The notes beneath the pieces are model-generated. The model was not told where the DNA came from and did not search any database. It was given only the letters and a program-made list of their open reading frames with translations. Positions 7,114-16,100 of a stretch of DNA of 64,000 nt are shown piece after piece (positions within the stretch are counted from its first letter, which is position 1; the number at the start of each line of letters is the position of its first letter). A program made the position numbers and the translations under genes. Source of the stretch: Verrucomicrobiota bacterium (GTDB lineage: Bacteria; Verrucomicrobiota; Verrucomicrobiia; Limisphaerales; Palsa-1400); assembly GCA_049510745.1 (NCBI GenBank), contig JBEKYR010000005.1:1-64000 (forward strand). Direction: 5' to 3'.

Positions 7114-10100
7114 ATGAAAACCACGGTTCGGACCCATCTGAGTATGCACCCTATTAATGTTCAGCATTTTCGTCGCTTCAAAAAATGCCTCCTTTTAATG
7201 GCGCTGTCGCAATTGGCTTACGGCCTCCAGGCGCAAAATCCGGTCCCCTACGTATTTACCACCATCGCCGGCACGGCGGGGGTAAGCGGACACGCGGACA
7301 ACGCCGGGGCGGCCGCCAGTTTCAACCAGCCCTCCGGTCTGGCGGTGGACGCGCAGACGAACATTTACGTGGCGGACACGGGGAACCACACGATCCGCAA
7401 AATTGACGTCAACGGCAACGTGACGACGCTGGCCGGCCTGGCAGGAAGCAGCGGCTTGCAGGATGGAACGGGCGCGGGCGCGCTGTTCACCTCTCCGCAA
7501 AAAGTGGCGGTTGATTCGAGCGGCAACATCTATGTGGCGGACACCGGGAACAACACGGTGCGCTATGTGTCTCCCGGCGGAGTTGTCAACACGCCCTTAT
7601 TCAACTACTTGGGCGGCAGCCCCGACTACTACACCCAAGGGGACTGTTCGCAACCCGAGAGCGGCGCAGTGGCTGCGTTTTCCTCCCCTGCGGGAATCAC
7701 GGTGGACGGATTGGGGAATGTGTATGTGGCCAACGGCGGCGGTTACTTTTACGAAACCGGCACACCTGTCGAGGGCGGCGGATGCTCGTTTAATACCGTC
7801 TATTTCGTGACGACGGTCCGCAAAATCCTGCCGGACCTGAATGTCTCGACCGTGGGATACGCCCAGCAAGCGATTGTCAGTGGCTACATCCAGCCGATTC
7901 TCTCCGGGATCGCCATCGGTTCGGGAGGCACACCTTACTCGGCGGACCTCAACGGCGGGGGTGCGATCTTGAATGTTTCGACGGCGGGATTTGGACCGTT
8001 TGGAGTTTTCGCGGGCAGCGCCTCAGCGACGGGGTCAACCGACGCCACCGGATCGAGCGCGCGGTTTTCAGGGCCCCAGGACGTTGCGGCGGACGCGGCG
8101 GGGAACCTTTACGTGGCGGACACGGTTAACAACACGGTTCGTATGATCACGCCCGCGGGAGTGGTGACGACGATTGGGGGGCTGGCCGGATCAATAGGGA
8201 GCACGGACCTGGCTTTCTCCGGAACGCGCTTCAAAACACCGCAAGGCATCGCTTCGGACAGCCTAGGAAACATCTATATTGCCGACACCGGGAACAACAC
8301 CATTCGCAAAGGGGTGCCGATGCCGATTGCCATTTACGCGGAACCGCAGTCGCTGGTGGAAGGGGTTGGTTACACCGCGAGTTTTTCGGTGCTGGTGATC
8401 AGCAGCAACGCCGTTCCTTATGGGTGCCAATGGTACCAGAATGGCGTGGGGCTGATTAACGCCACCAACGCCACACTGACGCTCACGAATCTCCAAGTGA
8501 CGAATGCCGGGTCGTACGTGGTCATTGCCACGAACCTTTACGGGAGCGCCACCAGTTACGTCGCGACCCTCTCCATTGTCTCCTACACTTTTAACACGCC
8601 GATCAGCGGGTCCGGGATTTCGCAGCCCCTCGGACTGGCGGTTGATGCCGCGCAGAATGTTTATTTTGCGGATTACTCACGGCATGTGATTTGGAAGTCG
8701 AGTCCGGGAACGGGAAGCTCGTTGCTGGCCTTTGCGGGATTGTGGGGTTCCGCTGGAGAAAGCGACGGCATCGGCGATGCGGCGCTGTTCGACCAACCCT
8801 TCGGGCTGGTCATCGACACGGGCGGCAACCTCTATGTGGCAGACTCGGCCAACAATCTCATCCGCAAAATCACGCCGGCAGCGGTGGTGACGACCATTGC
8901 GGGCGTTCCCGGCGGAACGGGTTTGAGGGACGGCAGCGGGAGCACGGCCTTGTTCAACCGTCCGACCGCGCTGGCCATTGACAGCCATAACAGCATCTAC
9001 ATCGCCGACTACAACAACGGAGCCGTCCGCAAACTGACGAATGGACCTTCGGGTTGGCAGGTGACAACGCTGGCCACGGGATTCAATCAGCCGGACGGGG
9101 TGGCGGCGGACAGTTCGGGCAAAGTGTATGTTGCGGACTCGCAGAATGAAGTCATCCGCACCATCGCGACGGATGGAACAGTCCACTTGTTGGCGGGAAC
9201 GGTGGGCGCCGCTGGAAGCACCGATCTGACGACGGGCCTGGCTAGGTTCAATTATCCCGAGGGCCTGGTCCTCGACGCGTCGGGTAATCTGTTGGTGGCC
9301 GACGCGGGCAACGATACCATCCGCCTCATCACTCCAGGCGGGCTGGTGGGGACGATTGGCGGGCTGCCGGGGAATTACAACTTCGCCAACGGGACCGGCT
9401 CCAACGCTCTGTTTCGGAACGCGGGGGCGCTGGCATTTGACAGTTACGGCAACCTGTATGTCTCCGATTTCAACAACAGCGCCATTCGGGCCGGCACGGT
9501 TCCCATCGCCCCAGGCACGGCTCCCAGCATACTTGGAGGACCGCAAAGTCAGAGCGTGGTGGCCACCTATGGACCTGTCTCTTTCGGAGTGCAGGCGACG
9601 GGCAGCCCGACTCTGGGCTACCAATGGAGCAGCAACGGCACGACGGTGGCGGGCGCAACGACTTCGACTTTGTCCTTTACGCCGGCGCAATCGAACAACG
9701 TGGGCACCTATACAATGGCGGTGGGTGTGACTGTCACCAACGGGGTCGCTCCGGCTGCCAGCGCCGCCGCCACGCTGACCGTCCAGCCGGCCTACGCCAT
9801 TAACACGGTGATCAACGGCAATGGAATCGCCTATCCGTTTGGCGTGGCGATTGATGGAAGCGGGAATGTGTTTTTCTCGGACAGTTACCACGACGTGATC
9901 TGGAGATTTGCTCCCGGTTCCGGCAGCGGGCTGACGGTTTTCGCGGGGTTGTATAACGCCGCCGGAAACAGCGACGGGGTGGGTCAGGCGGCCCTGTTCA
10001 ACGGCCCCGGTGGGCTGGTCATGGATGCGGGGAGCAATCTTTACGTGGCTGACTGGTACAATGAGGCGATTCGGATGATTACGCCCGGATCGGTCGTGAC

Positions 10101-13100
10101 AACGATTGCCGGCGTCAAGGGGTCCTCAGGGTTTCACGACGGTCCGGCGAGCATAGCCCTGTTCAGCGGGCCTGTCGGCCTGGCCATTGACAGCCACACC
10201 AATTTATATGTCGCCGATTACTATAATGGCGCCGTGCGCAAATTGACCAACGGTCCGGCGGGCTGGCAACTGACCACATTGGCCACTGGTTTTTCCCAAC
10301 CCAACGGGGTGGCGGTGGACTCTTCCGGCAATGTCTATGTGGCTGACTCGGCCCATCATGTCATCCAGATGATCACCCCGGCGGGAGCGGTGAGCGTCAT
10401 CGGCGGCGTCATCGGCCAGTCTGGCAGTGCCGACGGCCTTTGGAGCGACGCCCGGTTCAATTATCCGGAGGGGGTATTGGTTGACGGCGCCGGCCATGTC
10501 ATCGTTGCCGATTCGCACAACAATACCCTGCGAATTCTGACCCCCGGCCAGGCGGGCACCGTGGTGACGGTCGCAGGCATCGCCGGCAACAACAACTTCC
10601 TGGACGGCACCGGGAGCGGCGCCTTGTTCCGGACTCCGGTCGGACTGGCCTTCGACAGTTCCGGCAATCTCTTCGTCGCCGACTACAACAATAACGCCAT
10701 CCGTGAGCACGGGATTCCCGTCGCCTCTTCTGGAGTCGCGCCGACGATTACGTCGTCGCCGCAGAACCGGACCGCCGTGGCGACCTATGGTCCGGTCAGC
10801 TTTGGAGTCACGGCCATGGGCAGCCCGACTTTGGGCTACCAATGGAGCACCAACGGGACGACGGTTGCGAGCGCGACGACCTCGACGTTATCCTTTACGC
10901 CGGCGCAATCAAACAATGTGGGGACGTATGCAGTGGCGGTGGGCGTGACTGTCACCAACGGGGTCAGTCCGGCTGCCACCGCCGCCGCCACCCTGACCGT
11001 TCAACCGGCTTACGCCATAAACACGGTGATCGGCGGCAATGGGATTGCCAACCCGTTGGGCGTGGCGATTGACGGCGGTGGCAACGTGTTTTTCTCGGAT
11101 GGTAATGGCAGCCGCAATGTCATCTGGAAGTACTCCCCGGGGTCGGGCGACGCGTTGACGGTCTTTGCGGGCTTGTACAACGCCACCGGCACAAACGACG
11201 GAATAGGAAGCGGGGCGCTTTTCAACGGCCCGTACGGGCTGGTGATAGACGCCGGCAGCAATCTTTACGTGGGCGATTCGGGCAACCACACCATTCGGAT
11301 GATCACACCGGCGGCGGTGGTGACAACCATCGCGGGCGTGCCTGGGACGGCGGGGAACAGGGACAATCCTGGGAATATAGCCTTGTTCGATGGCCCGACC
11401 GGCCTGGCCATGGACAGTCATACCAACCTGTATGTGGCGGATTATTACAATGGGGCGATCCGCAAGGTGACCAACGGCCCGGCAGGATGGCAGGTGACCA
11501 CGGTGGCCGCCGGATTCTACCATTGCAGTGGCGTGGCGGTGGATGCTTCCAGCAATGTTTATGTGGCCGATTCGGGCCATGATGTCATCCAAATGATCAC
11601 CCCGGGCGGAGCGGTCAGCATCATTGCGGGCCAGTTGAATCGCTCCGGCAACGTCGATGGTTTGTGGAGCGACGCCCAGTTGAATTTCCCGCAGGGAATT
11701 CTGGTTGATCCCAGCGGTCGTCTCATTGTGGCTGATGGTGGAAATAATTCCATCCGACTCCTTACCCTGGGCCAGTTTGGGACGTTGTTGACCGTGGCGG
11801 GAAGCGGCTCCGGCAACGAGGACGGCACGGGCAGCGCGGCTTTATTCCGAGATCCGATCGGGCTGACCTTCGACAGTGCCGGCGATCTTTTCATCGCGGA
11901 TTACAACAATGGCTCCATTCGTGAGCACGGGCTTCCCGTCTCCTTCTCAGTCATCTCAGGAGTGGCGCCGACCATCACGGCGTGGCCACAGAACCGGACC
12001 GCCGTGGCGACCTATGGCCCGGTCACCTTTGGAGTCACGGCCACGGGCAGCCCGCCCCCGGGCTACCAGTGGAGCACCAACGGGACGACGATTGCGAGCG
12101 CCACGACCTCGGCGTTATCCTTTACGCCGGCCCAATCAAACAATGTGGGGACGTATTCGACGACGGTGGGAGTGACTGTCGCCAACGGGGTCAGTCCGGC
12201 CGCCACCGCCAGCGCCACCCTGACCGTCCAACCGGCCTACGCCATTAACACGGTGATCGGCGGCAATGGCATTGCCAACCCGTTGGGCGTGGCGGTTGAC
12301 GGCGGTGGCAACGTGTTTTTCTCGGATGCCAATACCAGCCGCAACGTGATCTGGAAATACTCTCCGGGGTCGGGGGGCGGGTTGACGGTCTTTGCGGGCT
12401 TGTACAACGCCGCCGGCACAAACGACGGAATAGGGAGCGCGGCGCTGTTCTACAGCCCGGCTGGGCTGGTGATGGACGCCGGCAGCAATCTTTACGTTTG
12501 CGATTCGGACAACCACACCATTCGGATGATCACGCCGGCGGCGGTGGTAACAACCATCGCGGGCGTGCCTGGGACGGCGGGGTACAGGGACAATCCCGGG
12601 AATACAGCCTTTTTCAACGGCCCCAACAACCTGGCCATTGACAGTCATACCAACCTGTATGTGGCGGATTATTACAACGGGGCGATCCGCAAGGTGACCA
12701 ACGGCCCGGCAGGATGGCAGGTGACGACGGTGGCCGCCGGATTCTACCATTGCTGTGCCGTGGCGGTGGATGCTTCCGGCAATGTTTATGTGGCCGATTC
12801 GGGCCATCATGTCATCCAAATGATCACCCCGGGCGGAGCGGCCAGCATCATTGCGGGCCAGTTTAACCGCTCCGGCAACGTCGATGGTTTGTGGAGCGAC
12901 GCCCAGTTGAATTCGCCGGAGGGAATTCTGGTTGACTCCACCGGGCATGTCCTTGTCGCCGATACTTACAATAACTCTCTGCGCATCCTGACCCCGGGCC
13001 AGTTTGGGACGTTGTTGACCGTGGCGGGAAGCGGCTCCGGCAGCCAGGACGGCACGGGCAGCGCCGCTCTCTTCCGCTTTCCGATTGGATTGGCCTTCGA

Positions 13101-16100
13101 CAGTTCCGGCGATCTCTTCGTCGCCGACTATAACAATAGCGCCATCCGGGAGCACGGGATTCCCATCGCCTCTTCGGGAATCGCGCCGACGATTACGTCG
13201 TTGCCGCAGAATCGGACCGCCGTGGCGACCTATGGTCCGGTCAGCTTTGGAGTCACAGCCACGGGCAGCCCGACCTTGGGCTACCAGTGGAGCACCAACG
13301 GGACGACGCTCGCGAGCGCCACGACCTCGACGTTATCCTTTACGCCGGCCCAATCAAACAATGTGGGCACGTATTCGACGGCGGTGGGCGTGATTGTCAC
13401 CAACGGGGTCGCTCCGGCCGCCACTGCCGCAGCCACCCTGACCGTCCAGCCAGCCTACGCCATTAACACGGTAATCATCGGAAACAACATTGCCAACCCG
13501 GCGGGCATGGCGGTTGACGGCGGTGGCAACGTGTTTTTCTCGGATGCCAATACCAGCCGCAATGTGATCTGGAAATACTCTCCGGGGTCGGGCGGCGCGT
13601 TGACGATCTTCGCGGGCTTGTACAACGCTGCCGGCACAAACGACGGAATAGGAAGCGGGGCGCTTTTCAACAGCCCTTACGGGCTGGTGATGGACGCCGG
13701 CAGCAATCTTTACGTTGGCGATTCGGACAACCACACCATTCGGATGATCACACCGGCGGCAGTCGTCACAACCATCGCGGGCGTGCCTGGGACGGCGGGG
13801 TACAGGGACAATCCTGGGAATATAGCCTTGTTCGATGGCCCGACAGGCCTGGCCATGGACAGTCATACCAACCTGTATGTGACGGATTATTACAATGGGG
13901 CGATCCGCAAGGTGACCAACGGCCCGGCAGGATGGCAGGTGACGACGGTGGCCGCCGGATTCAACCGTTGCTGTGGCGTGGCGGTGGACGCTTCCGGCAA
14001 TGTTTATGTGGCCGATTCGGGCCATCATGTCATCCAATTGATCAGCCCGGCCGGAGCAGTCAGCATCATTGCGGGTCAGTTTAACCGCCCCGGCAACGTT
14101 GACGGTTTGTGGAGCGACGCCCAGTTGAATTTCCCGGAGGGAATTCTGGTTGACGCCACCGGGCATATCCTTGTCGCCGATACGGACAATAACTCTCTGC
14201 GAATTCTTACCCCGGGTCCGTTTGGGACGTTGTTGACCGTGGCGGGAAGCAGCTACAGCTACGCGGATGGCACGGGCAGCGCCGCTCTCTTCCGCAATCC
14301 GGTTGCACTGACATTCGACGCTTTGGGCAATCTGTTTATCGCGGATTACAACAATGGCGCCATTCGGGAGCACGGGCTTTCCATCGCCTCTTCTGGAGTC
14401 GCGCCGACGATTACGTCGTTGCCGCAGAACCGGACCGTCGTGGCGACCTATGGTCCGGTCAGCTTTGCAGTCGGGGCCGCGGGCAGCCCGACTTTGGGCT
14501 ACCAGTGGAGCACCAACGGGACGACGATTGCGAGCGCCACCACCTCGACGTTATCCTTTACGCCGGCGCAGTCAAACAACGTGGGCACGTATTCGACGGC
14601 GGTGGGCGTGATTGTCACCAATGGGGTCGCTCCGGCCGCCACCGCCGCCGCCACGCTGACCGTCCAGCCGGCCTACGCCATTAACACGGTAATCATCGGA
14701 AACAACATTTACAACCCGGCGGGTGTGGCGGTTGACTCCACAGGCAACGTCTTCTTCTCCGATGCCGGCCGCGACGTGATCTGGAAATACTCCCCGGGGT
14801 CAGGCGGCGGGTTGACGATCTTTGCGGGTTTGTACAACGCCGCCGGCACAAACGACGGAATAGGCAGCGCGGCCCTTTTCTACGGGCCTTACGGGCTGGT
14901 GATGGACGCCGGCAGCAATCTTTACGTGGCCGATTCGGGCAACGACACCATTCGGATGATCACACCGGCGGGCGTCGTGAGCACGATCGCCGGGGTGCCG
15001 GGAGCGGCCGGCTTCCAGAACAACCCTGGAAATACAGCCTTGTTCAACGACCCGACCGGCCTGGCCATGGACAGTCATACCAACCTGTATGTGGCGGATT
15101 ATTACAATGGGGCGATCCGCAAGGTGACCAACGGCCCGGCAGGATGGCAGGTGACGACGGTGGCCGCCGGATTCTACCGTTGCGTTGGCGTGGCGGTCGA
15201 TGCTTCCGGCAATGTTTATGTGGCCGATTCGGGGCATGATGTCATCCAGATGATCACCCCGGGCGGAGCGGTCAGCGTCATTGCCGGCCAGTTGAATCAC
15301 GCCGGCAACGTTGATGGTTTGTGGAGCGACGCCCAGTTGAATTTCCCGGAGGGAATTCTGGTTGATGCCACCGGGCATATCCTAGTCGCCGATACTGGCA
15401 ATAACTCTCTGCGCATCCTGACCCCGGGCCAGTTTGGGACCCTGTTGACCGTGGCGGGAAGCAGCTACAACTACGCGGATGGCACGGGCAGCGCCGCTCT
15501 CTTCCGCGATCCGGTTGGATTGGCCTTCGACAGTTCCGGCGATCTTTTCATCGCAGACTACAACAGTGGCGCCATTCGGGAGCACGGCCTTCCCATCGCC
15601 TCTTCTGGAATCGCGCCGACGATTACGTCGTTGCCGCAGAATCGGACCGTCGTGGCGACGTATGGTCCGGTCAGCTTTGCAGTCGGGGCCGCGGGCAGCC
15701 CGACTTTGGGCTATCAATGGAGCACCAACGGGACAACGATTGCGAGCGCCACGACCTCGACGTTATCCTTTACGCCGGCCCAATCAAACAACGTGGGCAC
15801 GTATTCGACGGCCATAGGCGTGACTGTCACCAACGGGGTCGCTCCGGCCGCCACCGCCGCCGCCACGCTGACCGTCCAGCCGGCCTACGCCATTAACACG
15901 GTAATCATCGGAAACAACATTTACAACCCGCTGGGCGTGGCGGTTGACCCGACGGGCAACGTCTTCTTCTCCGATGGCGCCCGCCACGTGATCTGGGAAT
16001 TTGCCACCGGTTCCGGCGGCGGGTTGACGGTCTTTGCGGGCTTGTTCAACGCCGCCGGCACAAACGACGGGATAGGAAGCGCGGCCCTTTTCTACGGGCC